IMG/VR virus record: IMGVR_UViG_3300032164_000006
Coordinates: 8,057-72,056 of that record
Source: a virus
Direction: 5' to 3' (one strand)
Length of the DNA: 64,000 nucleotides
Below are positions 27,408 to 38,300 of this stretch, piece by piece. How positions within the stretch are numbered: the stretch's first letter is position 1; each line of letters opens with the position of its first letter. The position numbers were made by a program, and so were the translations under genes. The notes below the pieces were generated by a model. It had not been told where the DNA came from, did no database searches, and saw only the letters and a program-made list of their open reading frames with translations.

Positions 27408-29873
27408 ATGGCTGGAACAGTTATTACAGTACCAACAATTGATTTTTCTAAGATGTACTATGCTGATATTGTTAAGCTGCTGACACAATACAGAAGGAAG
27501 AATGTTCCGGCTATTACAGACGAAAGCGAGTATGAACCATACATTCAGCTGGAACGTGCCTTCGCCCTAGTCGGACATTTGAACAACGTGCTTTTAGACG
27601 TTGTGGCAAACGAGAGTTTGTTGCCGACAGCCAAACTTCTTGAGAGTGTGCGGAACCACTTGAAATTGATTGGCTACGAAATGTCGCAAGCGTCGCCAGC
27701 CACAACTGAAGTCATATACGAATTGTCGAAGGTGTTAACCACAACTGTTCAGTTCATTCCACAGTACACACAGGTTGGAACAGCCGAGACAGAATCAAGA
27801 GCAGCCATTATTTTCGAGGCGTTGCAGAGTCAGATTGTAGAAAGAACGGACAGGGTAAGCTACGTCTACACTTGGAACAGTGCGACCATTGATATCATAG
27901 ACAATGACTTTGAAGTTGGAGACTATGTTTCTATCAATAGCGTTACATTTGTTGCCGACACAAACTTCATTGTTGGTTCCACTAGGGAAGAGACTGCCGA
28001 GTATCTGCTCAAGGCGATAAACACTTCTGGAGCGGATAACATCAAGAACAAGATTATGGGTAGACGTGTTGGAACCAAACTCTATCTTTTCAACATGGAT
28101 GAATTCACACAGATACGGATAGTTAAGTGGGATAACGGAACGTCTAACTTTGCGATATCTGATGGCTTTTATTCCGCTGAATTCTCTCCTGACGCAAACA
28201 CAGATGGAACCTACTTTACACCGCTTCCACTTCCGAAGCCAAACGACGCAATCTATTTTGGACACAAGAACATTCAGTTCGACAAACTGCAATTCAAAAT
28301 AGACACCTTCGCCGTTGGCATCACAGGGGTGTGGGAATACTTTGACGGAGAGTTGGAGGATGCCAACCCTACGTCTGTTCAGAACCTTGGCTCCAGTCTT
28401 AAGATTGATATCTCTAGCATTTTTCAAGCTGGGATAGATTACAGTGGTGCTCTTGTTAGGGTGAAGCTAGAGGAGACTGCAGTCATCGAGGATGCTGTGT
28501 CTTTCTACGAGGGTGGTATCAACTACATCCAAACGTCTGTTCTAGGCCAAACTAGTCCGGCTATTGCTGCCAACGCCTATGTGATTGGTGCGTATTGGCA
28601 AGCACTCCCAGACATTATAGACGACACTCTTAACTTCATTGAGAATGGGGATGTTTCGTACACCCTACCAGAAAACGTGACAAGGACATGGAAGAAGCGT
28701 GTTCTTATGGCTCTGTACGAAGGCTATTATGTTCGCTATAGGGTTATCAACACGCTTCCAACATACACAACCCCAATCATGGAGCGTGTCCGTATAGACC
28801 AAGGTGGACAGTACGTCAAGGTCAGCGTATCTCAAGGCGAAACAAGGTCGGAGGATCCACTTGGAAGCTCCAACGGAACACCAAAGCAAGCCTTCACGCT
28901 AGTCTACGCACCTCTGATTGTCGGATCTCTAGTGGTAGAGGTGAACGAGGGAACTGGCTTCCAGTCGTGGAACAACATATCCAACTTCCTTTCGTCAGAT
29001 GCAAACTCCAAAGATTACTTTGTAGAGATCAGGGCCGACGACACCATCATTGTTTCGTTTGGCGATGGCATCCAAGGGAAGATTCCAGCTCCTGGAGTGG
29101 ACAACATAAGATGCCGATATAGGATTGGTGCAAGCGAAGATGGGAACGTTGGTTCTAGTGTAATTACGGATAACGTGAGTGGCATTTCGTTTGTGAATAG
29201 GCTGTGGAACCCACGTCAAGCGTTTGGATGGGTACAGAAAGAAGGTTCGACAAAAGAAAGTTTAGAAAAAGCAAAAATAGAAGGTCCAGCCTCTATCAGG
29301 GTTCTTAGTAGAGGTATCACTTCATCCGACATTGAGTATCTAGCCAAAAAATACAAAGATCCAAACGGCTCGTCAATTGTGACGAGAGCACAGACCTTTG
29401 AAGAAACATTTGGCATCAAGACAGTAGAGCTCATTGTTGTGGGTGTTGGCGGGAACCTTCTTTCTGTCGGCCAGCGTACAGAACTACAAGACTACTACAA
29501 CGGAAGCAAGGCACGAGGCATAGAAGGCTGTTTGGTTGTGAACCATGAAGTGACAGCGGTAAACTACACGAAGAGAATAGTTAACGTAGATGTGACAGTG
29601 TATGGTGGAGATCCAATTAAAATTGAGAATGCGTTGCGAGAGTTCTTGCACCCTGAAGCACTATTTACAGATGGGATAACCTACAGATGGCCATTCAGTA
29701 CGCTGGAAGTGAAAACATTCCTGCGGCTATCCCTACTCTACTCTGTCATATACGAAACTGACCCTGCGAATATTAAGAACGTAGTCATAACGAATCCAGT
29801 TGAAGACATTGGGTTTGAGTTAAGGGAGCTTCCGTTTTCTGGTGAAATTAACGTGACTGTCGTAGACATTTGA
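27408..29873 (+). CDS. Baseplate wedge protein (baseplate J / T4 gp6-like)
   Basis: ESLLPTAKLLESV...LIGY, SNGTPKQAF, FGDGIQGKIP, YRIG...GNV and RGITSSDIE motifs. Confidence 0.9.
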   Translation: MAGTVITVPTIDFSKMYYADIVKLLTQYRRKNVPAITDESEYEPYIQLERAFALVGHLNNVLLDVVANESLLPTAKLLESVRNHLKLIGYEMSQASPATTEVIYELSKVLTTTVQFIPQYTQVGTAETESRAAIIFEALQSQIVERTDRVSYVYTWNSATIDIIDNDFEVGDYVSINSVTFVADTNFIVGSTREETAEYLLKAINTSGADNIKNKIMGRRVGTKLYLFNMDEFTQIRIVKWDNGTSNFAISDGFYSAEFSPDANTDGTYFTPLPLPKPNDAIYFGHKNIQFDKLQFKIDTFAVGITGVWEYFDGELEDANPTSVQNLGSSLKIDISSIFQAGIDYSGALVRVKLEETAVIEDAVSFYEGGINYIQTSVLGQTSPAIAANAYVIGAYWQALPDIIDDTLNFIENGDVSYTLPENVTRTWKKRVLMALYEGYYVRYRVINTLPTYTTPIMERVRIDQGGQYVKVSVSQGETRSEDPLGSSNGTPKQAFTLVYAPLIVGSLVVEVNEGTGFQSWNNISNFLSSDANSKDYFVEIRADDTIIVSFGDGIQGKIPAPGVDNIRCRYRIGASEDGNVGSSVITDNVSGISFVNRLWNPRQAFGWVQKEGSTKESLEKAKIEGPASIRVLSRGITSSDIEYLAKKYKDPNGSSIVTRAQTFEETFGIKTVELIVVGVGGNLLSVGQRTELQDYYNGSKARGIEGCLVVNHEVTAVNYTKRIVNVDVTVYGGDPIKIENALREFLHPEALFTDGITYRWPFSTLEVKTFLRLSLLYSVIYETDPANIKNVVITNPVEDIGFELRELPFSGEINVTVVDI

Positions 29874-29884
29874 TGGAGTGGTAG

Positions 29885-31765
29885 ATGGCAAAGGTAAATC
29901 CAAAATTTGAATTCGATATGTTCCGTTTCGTCCATAGACCACTTCGGATGGAGGACGTAAAGAACGACAATTTCCTAGAAAAATATATGCTTGGAATGCA
30001 GAATGTTTGGGAGCAAGTAAACGGAAAAATATTTAACCTAGCTCTCATTAACGAGCCTAGTACATGCAGTCCAGATGCACTCCAATATCTCAAAGATATT
30101 GTTGGATTTACAAAAGAGTTAGACTATATTACTAGGAACCTTTCTGAGACAGACTTGAGAAAGGTTATCCTTCTGGGTGTCCCTCTTTGGAAAACAAAGG
30201 GTTTAGAACTCGGATTCAGAACAATTATAAAATTATTCACTGGCTTCGACGCTAGAGTTTTCATCTGGTTTGACTACCGAATGATAGTTGGCGAAAAAGC
30301 TATTGGAGAAGAGCAGCTAGGCGAAGACGCTTGGATTATTTCTCTTCCCGGAGTTGGCTACAAAGAGACTCTTGGGGATGTTTTTCTGTTGCTACAGTTT
30401 GATAAGAAAACTTTGAAAGATGGATCTCGATACCAAAATAACATTCAGACATATGGAACCTTCTTCTACGAGGACGGTGGACCTATTGGTCAGAGCAGTT
30501 TCTATCCTATTGGCAGTGATTGGTGTATCAAGTCCACTGCTAGACCTCATTTTACGTTTTCCAAAGGAATGACATTTGAGTGCTTCTTTAAGACAGACAC
30601 CCAACAAATCTTCCCTCTGATTTCTCACTTAGATGAAAATGGGAAAGGTATCGAGCTGATCCTAGACACAGCCGGAAAAAAATTCATTTTCACAATTAGC
30701 GATGGAATCATATCCGAGACACGAGAGTGGTCTGTTGTAGAAGATCTTGCCGATAACAACTGGCATCACGTTGCGTGGGTGTTTGATTGGCTTAGATTTG
30801 TAGATCCACTTAATGACGACATTACTGCGATGTGGGTGGATGGAATAAGGATTGGAAGGGAAGTCCTAAGCGAACTGTTTACACCAAGCGAAGTGCGTTC
30901 CCTAGATGACATCAAAATAGGCTCCAAAACAGAGTTTGGTGCTAGGTACAGAGGAGCCTTCGATATCATAAGGTTGGCAGGAGATCCGAGGTATAGTGTA
31001 GACCTAGCGACAATCACACTTCCAGCAACAAGATATGTAGAGTACCAAAAAGAAGAGCTTGATGAGTTCCAGATTGACGTTAGGGTTGTGGATGACGGAA
31101 CGCTGGACAGGCTCCAGCTAAAACGCATCATAAATCTTATGCGTCCAGTTGGAGAGAGGGTGAATATTAACTACATTGATTTCTATGATGCTTTCGAGAG
31201 TGGGAAAGGCAAGCTAGAAACAATTAGTGGGGATTCATACGTAGAAGTTACAGACTACATTGCATATCTAAAATTACAGCCAAACTCGCTAGAGCATATA
31301 AATGTCACGGGATGCAAAGACTGGACGAACTACATTGCACAGTTTCGAGCGGACATCTATAGCGGCAAGGAATTCGAAATAAGATGGCTAGTGCAGGATG
31401 AAAATAACTACTATGCTTTCAGGGTAAACGCAGATACTAAGTTAGCAACATTAGACGCTTGCGTTGCTGGAGTAAGGTCGCCAATTGCTGCTCCCGTTAT
31501 TATAGACATTGAAATTGCCAAGCCAACTTTATATTATTCATTTTATATTTTCACTGTTAGTTGTTACCGAGACCAAGAAAACGGCAACACGACTATTAGA
31601 GCCTTCTTAGATTCTAATAGAATATTTGAAGTTGATGACCACAATTTTAATAAAGGAACTTTTGGTCTATACTGTCCTGCTGAAAGTGTGTGTTGGTGTA
31701 GTGAGATAGAAATGTTTCAACACCCATTAGATAGAGAACGTATCAATCCAAATGATAAATTTTAA
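29885..31765 (+). CDS. Baseplate protein (P2 gpI-like) with inserted LamG/concanavalin-A-like domain
   Basis: CSPDALQYL...LWKTKG...RP gpI-like motifs, and a TFECFFK...DNNWHHVA...WVDG LamG pattern. Confidence 0.8.
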   Translation: MAKVNPKFEFDMFRFVHRPLRMEDVKNDNFLEKYMLGMQNVWEQVNGKIFNLALINEPSTCSPDALQYLKDIVGFTKELDYITRNLSETDLRKVILLGVPLWKTKGLELGFRTIIKLFTGFDARVFIWFDYRMIVGEKAIGEEQLGEDAWIISLPGVGYKETLGDVFLLLQFDKKTLKDGSRYQNNIQTYGTFFYEDGGPIGQSSFYPIGSDWCIKSTARPHFTFSKGMTFECFFKTDTQQIFPLISHLDENGKGIELILDTAGKKFIFTISDGIISETREWSVVEDLADNNWHHVAWVFDWLRFVDPLNDDITAMWVDGIRIGREVLSELFTPSEVRSLDDIKIGSKTEFGARYRGAFDIIRLAGDPRYSVDLATITLPATRYVEYQKEELDEFQIDVRVVDDGTLDRLQLKRIINLMRPVGERVNINYIDFYDAFESGKGKLETISGDSYVEVTDYIAYLKLQPNSLEHINVTGCKDWTNYIAQFRADIYSGKEFEIRWLVQDENNYYAFRVNADTKLATLDACVAGVRSPIAAPVIIDIEIAKPTLYYSFYIFTVSCYRDQENGNTTIRAFLDSNRIFEVDDHNFNKGTFGLYCPAESVCWCSEIEMFQHPLDRERINPNDKF

Positions 31766-31776
31766 GGAGTAATATA

Positions 31777-34700
31777 ATGTCTACTGGTCAGGAAAAAGTA
31801 AATATATTCTTAAAGAAGTTTCTAACACAACAACACATCACAACAAACTTTTTGGATTATCTACATAACCTGATCCTTGAAGACCACGTTGCTCTAGTTG
31901 GAGTGAATGGAGTTTACAGCTATCCAATCACGGGATTGTCTACGCTTCCAGACTCAATCACAGTTCTAACTCCGGGCGAAACAACTCCCGGAGATCTCAA
32001 TGGACCTCTGGCAAAGATGGATGACGGACTAGGTCACACCATGGGTCTAACAACCCTACAGCGGACAAACATTGCTGTTCCAAACGAACTGGGAGTCAAA
32101 TACAACGTAGGAACAAAATTCTGTTGGCTTCCTTCGTCAACAGAAATCAACGTTCGTACAGGCTTGATTATGTGGTCGCTCAATGCGGAGGCAGTCGGCG
32201 AGCTGAACAAGCCGAACGCTGTTTCTTACCACAACAATATTTTCACGCTACAGGTAGACAACATCTGCTCAGACATGCATCAGTATGGTCGCAAGGCGAA
32301 AGTGTATCTCGAAACCCCTGTATCTCAGTCATCTGGAGACTTGTCTGAAGAAGTAATTGTTGTTCCACATTCTATGGCAGTAGAGAAGAATGGTGAGCTA
32401 GGATACATAGACATACCGACAGGTCAGATTCAGTTTTTCGTTCTTGGCAAGCAATACACCATCGATACCGCAACACCAAATCCAACTGTCTTTACAGTAA
32501 CAGCCATTGGTGAAGTAAACTCTGGCGGGACAGGCTATACAAGAGTGAGCGTGGATCAGGACTTACGAGCATATCTGGTTGTTGACGAACCATTTATAAC
32601 GACAGGATATAACGTAGTCCATCTGTCTGGTACTCTAGGCCAGTCCTTAACACCTTCGCTCGATCCATTAGATTACAACATCTACATGGGTGGAGTTACC
32701 GTTACGTCGAACAATCTACAGAACGACAAGAACTACGTTTATCTGTTCTCGTACATTGGAACTGGAGTTGGAAATATGCCAGCTCAGTTCAACTGGGTTT
32801 TCCAACAACAACTGCCAGAAAACGTGATGCAGATGCTCTTGAATCTAAAGAGATGGCAAGAGTATGTGAAGCAACGTGATGGATTTATTTTGCGTGGTGG
32901 AGGTCAGTTTACCTTTGCAGGCGGAACGTTGGATTGGAACGACGACTTCTATATTGTCAACCCATATCGCGGTGCTTATAAGATACCAGCTTCCACAATT
33001 ACATCTATCATTAACGACGATGTTCTCTACGTGAAGCTACCAAACGAGCAAGATGTAATTGTAGATGGAACAGTGGTTGGTGAGATTTGGGTAAAAGACA
33101 ACTCCAGATTTAATTTGGAAGACACAGTCTTGGTTGGCGACGTCAACAGTCCTAGAATTCCGGGAGTTGTGAAAGAAGTTGGAGCTGCTGGAAAACTCTA
33201 TTTAGAAGATGGATTGGGGAACCCACTGGACCTCTCCATGTTTCTAGCAACAACTGGCTCATGGGTACAGCCTACTCTTCTCGAACTGCTGAAAGAACAG
33301 GTAAACACAGGCGACCTCCGTCCTTCTGGGCAAAGGGTTATCGATGAGGAAGTCATTGTAATTGCAATGGCACACAGCAACTCCCTTATCTTTAAGAATG
33401 GCGTTCTTGTTCTTGAGGATGGAGATACAGGTGAGATTGGAAATCTACCTAGTGGTGTGAATTGGGTGAGCAACATTACAGAACTACGCAACTCTGTAAT
33501 CAACACATCCGACGACAACGTAGCTCTTATTTCTCCAAAGGTGTACTCGATAGCAACTGACCTAGCTGTGAACAAGAACCTGACGTGGGCTGGACTTAGC
33601 GACAGGGTGATTGTGGAGATTGCCGAAGCAATACAGCTATCAGTCAAGTGGGACGCAACAACATCTAGCATCCATCAGAATACTGAATTTAAAAATATTA
33701 GATTTGTTGGTCTTGGAAGCGGTGCTTCAATACTGATAGATAACACAGGAGCAACAAAGCCAATCCTCGTCAACTTCACAGATTGCGTGTTCACTAACCT
33801 ACAGATTAGTGTGACAAAGGGAGCGACGACACAACCTGTTATCCTCAAATTTTCTGGATGCAGGGACATAGAGTCAAATTGCAATATGGTTTTTCCAGCC
33901 ACACACGCCGATGACTTGCTGGATCTAAAGGAATTCAAGTTTGATCCACAATCTGGATGCTACATTCATTTTGGAGCTCCATCGACAAATCCAGGAGCAA
34001 AGGCCAGTCTAGAAGAGGTATCGGGTATTGAATACTTTGAGGCACTGTCTTCTGGACGCTCGAATACAGTAGAATTGAGAAACTGCAAAGGGACATTGTT
34101 GGGTCTTAGCAGAATTGAAATACTGAACCCAGAGCAAGCAATATTTTTGGAGACATCGACAGATGTTGACCTGTCTGATGAGAAGCAATATTTAAAGCAC
34201 TCGGCTATGACACGTCTACATGGTGGAGGCCTCCTAGATTACAGGGGTGGAGCCTTCAGTTGGAGCGAGGACTTCAGCATAATAGATCCAATCTACGGTG
34301 TGTCAAAACTGACTGCCGGAAGCTTGTCTGGCATGGTGGCTGGATCTATCCTCTACGCAAAATTCTATCGGCCACAACGCCTCTGGTCTAGTGGAACAGT
34401 CGATGGTAAAGCCTATGTGAAGGAAACATCCCAGTTTAATCAAGACGATAGCGTGTTGGTTGGCGACCACGACTCTCGAGTATCTGGGTTTATCCTGTCT
34501 GCTCCGGTGGAAGACAAGCTGGTTGTTGTGGATGACGGAAGCGGCAACGTGCTTGATCTAAGTCAATACCTACTGATGGGTGGGAGCTGGATCAAGCGGC
34601 TCAATACTGTTCTTGTGGTTGGAACAATTGGTGTGGGGGACCTAGCAAGAGATGCTGATGGTTTGTTTAGCGACGACATTTTCATTGTGGGTGTTGTGGA

Positions 34701-35274
34701 CTCCAAAGGGATCCGACTGACCAATGGGGTTCTTGTTGAGAGGTGGTGGATTTACGAAGAATCTCTCCTGTCCACTGGACTTACTTATGGATCTGTGGTC
34801 ACACTTCCGTTGGACTCAAAAAACGGTAACTCTGTGAAACAATACCAGAATGGAGCAGGACACCTACAGGTAGAGGAAAATGGAGTCGTATTAAATTCGA
34901 GTCCAGTCGATGTATGTGGTGGGCTGTTTGATCCTTTGTCGTATAATGGCTCCACTGGATTTGTTTCCCTAGCCGATGGCGTAGACATGAGTGCAGTATT
35001 GCACCAAGACACGTTTGTTGACGCCACTGGAACAGAGTTTGAGATACTAGGTGGGCTCAGCGACGTTGACGGAAGCAAGGGATTTAAGATTGGACTTGCA
35101 CTGACACCTGACTTGGGTTCCGGTGCTAGTATTGTGAGGAAGCAATATGAGGAAGACGGTGCAGAATATTCGTGGCAATCTTCAATAACACTTAAGAAAA
35201 GGGTTCCAGCTGGTTCGGTCCTTAGATTTAGGATCTTACCAAAGGGGAACGCTGGAAGAACAGTTGACGCTTAA
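31777..35274 (+). CDS. Large tail fibre / fibre-attachment protein (1165 aa)
   Basis: RBS TAAGGAG; follows the gpI-like gene. Contains an internal duplication of a ~180-aa GGG...W module. Confidence 0.7.
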   Translation: MSTGQEKVNIFLKKFLTQQHITTNFLDYLHNLILEDHVALVGVNGVYSYPITGLSTLPDSITVLTPGETTPGDLNGPLAKMDDGLGHTMGLTTLQRTNIAVPNELGVKYNVGTKFCWLPSSTEINVRTGLIMWSLNAEAVGELNKPNAVSYHNNIFTLQVDNICSDMHQYGRKAKVYLETPVSQSSGDLSEEVIVVPHSMAVEKNGELGYIDIPTGQIQFFVLGKQYTIDTATPNPTVFTVTAIGEVNSGGTGYTRVSVDQDLRAYLVVDEPFITTGYNVVHLSGTLGQSLTPSLDPLDYNIYMGGVTVTSNNLQNDKNYVYLFSYIGTGVGNMPAQFNWVFQQQLPENVMQMLLNLKRWQEYVKQRDGFILRGGGQFTFAGGTLDWNDDFYIVNPYRGAYKIPASTITSIINDDVLYVKLPNEQDVIVDGTVVGEIWVKDNSRFNLEDTVLVGDVNSPRIPGVVKEVGAAGKLYLEDGLGNPLDLSMFLATTGSWVQPTLLELLKEQVNTGDLRPSGQRVIDEEVIVIAMAHSNSLIFKNGVLVLEDGDTGEIGNLPSGVNWVSNITELRNSVINTSDDNVALISPKVYSIATDLAVNKNLTWAGLSDRVIVEIAEAIQLSVKWDATTSSIHQNTEFKNIRFVGLGSGASILIDNTGATKPILVNFTDCVFTNLQISVTKGATTQPVILKFSGCRDIESNCNMVFPATHADDLLDLKEFKFDPQSGCYIHFGAPSTNPGAKASLEEVSGIEYFEALSSGRSNTVELRNCKGTLLGLSRIEILNPEQAIFLETSTDVDLSDEKQYLKHSAMTRLHGGGLLDYRGGAFSWSEDFSIIDPIYGVSKLTAGSLSGMVAGSILYAKFYRPQRLWSSGTVDGKAYVKETSQFNQDDSVLVGDHDSRVSGFILSAPVEDKLVVVDDGSGNVLDLSQYLLMGGSWIKRLNTVLVVGTIGVGDLARDADGLFSDDIFIVGVVDSKGIRLTNGVLVERWWIYEESLLSTGLTYGSVVTLPLDSKNGNSVKQYQNGAGHLQVEENGVVLNSSPVDVCGGLFDPLSYNGSTGFVSLADGVDMSAVLHQDTFVDATGTEFEILGGLSDVDGSKGFKIGLALTPDLGSGASIVRKQYEEDGAEYSWQSSITLKKRVPAGSVLRFRILPKGNAGRTVDA

Positions 35275-35300
35275 AATGAACACTCTCGAAGGAGCAGGTA

Positions 35301-38300
35301 ATGACACATTCTAATCAAATATTGGACAGGAAAAACAGAGCACACGTTCGGTCAACTGTTGGAGAAAATCTGGAGAATATTCTAGATTTGGTTGATGACA
35401 GATTGTCGTATCCAATGGAAGTTTCCATCGGCGGCTATACCATCACAATTGGGAGTGGACTCCTGCAGTCCGCGGAATCAAACAGCCTAGATGGTAAATC
35501 CGACTCATATAGGGTTGGCGTTCCACCTCTAGCTGGACTTGAAACGAAGCCAGTTGTGTCCAGTCTTGTGCTGAACACAGGAGCATACGACGGTGACTTT
35601 GAAGTACCAACCAATCCAACTCTAACTCCAAACCAATACATTAGAATGGGTATTGAGCTGCGACCAGATGGAAAATACTACGCTGTTTTTGGAACGCCGA
35701 GTGCGTTGCTGACAGGGTGTGGATATCCTCCATTTGCCATTGGTGCCTCAATCCAAATTATGGTCATCGACCTGCAAGATAGTGGTTCTGGTGGGAACTG
35801 GAGCTACAAGGTTCCAGCAAAAAAAGACGTCATAGTGTTCAACAACCCTAGTGCTGGAGGCGGTGGAACACCCAACGCAAAGCTGATGGGTGGAGGCGTG
35901 TGGGCTGCATCAAATAATCTTGGTGACACACAATTAGAGTGGAATGGTGTTGCGTATGTTTCTCTTCCGGGATTACAGAAAGAGCGAAACACAATACAGC
36001 CGGACATCATATCTTTGGCAGAAGACGAAGCTGCCTACGTTATCTTGAACAAGTTGGCTGGTCCAAACGAGGATCTCGTCGTTCAGAAAGACCTGTTCGT
36101 CAACATATTCCCATACAATCCAAATCTATTTTTAATAGCAAGGGGATTTGCTGGGGGAGTGCTGGTTGGTAACTCTTGCTTCAGCTTAATTCATGGAGAA
36201 TCAAAAGAGCTGGACACTGGCATGTCTATCCAAAACAGGCAGCTATTGGGGTCTGACGTAGATGAGACAACGTCTGTACCAGAATACTCTTTGCGTGGTG
36301 CTCCAGAAAGAACACTGGACGACACACAACCCGTCCTAGAAGCATTGTCTAGCGTGGATGCAGAGATAGATAAGTTTTTTGGACAGCTGAGAATAATCCC
36401 ACACGAAAGCGACACAAACAAAATAAGAATAACAGGGGTTGATTTCACCATGAAGGATGGCTCTATATTGAGCCAAGAGATTGCAAGTCTTCTTCTGAAA
36501 TTCGACGGAGCAGTAGTAAACCTGACAACTGGTGGAGTGTTCGCCTCGAATGGGACAACCCCAATTGGAATAAACTTTACTCCAGCCACAATCCCTCTTT
36601 CGTCTTATAACTGGTATTCCATAGGTCTTGTCGCAAACACCATAACAGCAAACGGAGCAATGACAGCTCAGTTGATTGTGCTGTCTGGTGGTCCAAACAC
36701 ATCGTCTTCGGCCACAACAATCCCTAGCTTTGCTGGCTCTAAAAAGGTTGGTCTGGTTCAGGTTCAAAACTCTGGCGGGAGCATTGTACGCACAGCCATA
36801 CGACAGCTAGGTGCTGGAACTGGAAGCGGAGGCGGTATATCCAACGCCAAGTTAATCAATGGTGGGAAATTCTACTGGACAGGAGAAATAGAATCTGTTT
36901 CCAGTAACTCTGTATCTCCAAACAGCGTCAACATCAACAATATGTTCTCGGATTGGAATGCTTGGCAGACCTTTGTTGCTGTCGGCTCTGGCTTGACAAA
37001 GTTCTCATCTACCGCTTTTTCTAGGTCTAACTCTGGGGTAACAGGTGTTCTTCGTGGCTATCTGTATGCTGTAAACCAAAGCACAGGTCTTCCAATTGCT
37101 ACGCTCCTCGCTACGTCTATAAACACAGTACCAATTGAGACTCTGGAAACACAATCTTCCGTTAAGCAGTACACCCCCGTGACGTTCAATTTTTCTGGCG
37201 AAACTCTTGTTCCAGGAACCAGATATTGTGTTCTAGTCAAGGTTGTTTCTATCAGCGGTGGATGGATTGCACCCTACATAAACAACACGAACCCACTTCC
37301 AAACGAAAAGGCTGGCATACAATTTTCTGGGTTGAGTGAGACAGTTGGAATGGACATCAATATGTCTGTTGGTCAGCTAGGTGTTGGAACCCTCAGCTGG
37401 GATTCCGCTGCATACGTTTCAATGCCCGGACTAGACTTTGCAAGAAACACAATCCCAGTTGGATCTTCATCCCTAGGGTTGGACGAGGCTCTGTACGTCA
37501 AGGTATCCACACTCGACGGAGTCGCTGCAAACCTAACTGTAGAGCGAGGGAACATAACAGACATTTCGCCCTACGACTCAAGCATATTCATCTTTGCTGT
37601 TAAGACTGCCGAAGGTGTTGTTGTTGGCGACACGTTGCTTGCTGCTGGACAGTCGAGGAAGCTAGACGACAACAGAGTGTTTACGTTCAACAGTTCTTCT
37701 CCTGCAACTCTGACAACCCTAACGTCTACGAAATACGTTGGTGGATATTATTTTCCACTTGGTGGGAGAATTAAGAGTGGGGTTGTAATCTACGGGAACG
37801 TGGTTTCTGATGGAAACCTAACTATCGAAACCAACGTCACAATCTTTGGAAGTGTCACTACAAACGGAAACAACTTAGAGTTTGATTCGACCTATGCTTC
37901 GGCAAACGAAACAATCAAAATCTACGGAGATTTACTTTCCGGATGGACTTACTTCACGTCCGCAACAAACAGCCGACAACACACGCTAACAGTTTACGGA
38001 AGTGTCACAGCTGGATCATTCTATCTGGACACTCTAAACTCCACATCCGATATGCTCAGCATCGAAGTGAAAAGAAGTTTTATAACTTCGGAATTCAGTG
38101 CCTACACAAAAACAAACAACTCTGTAACTGTTGCGGCAATCACAGTCCGAGGCGACCTAATTTGCTCGCAAGGTTTGACAATCAAGCACCTAGAAACTTC
38201 AACAGCACAAGGATACAGAACAACCATCGGCGGGAACCTAATAGTTCAGGGTTCTCTGGTCTATGGCTTCTACGACTCGGCTACAGGAAACTCTAGCAGT

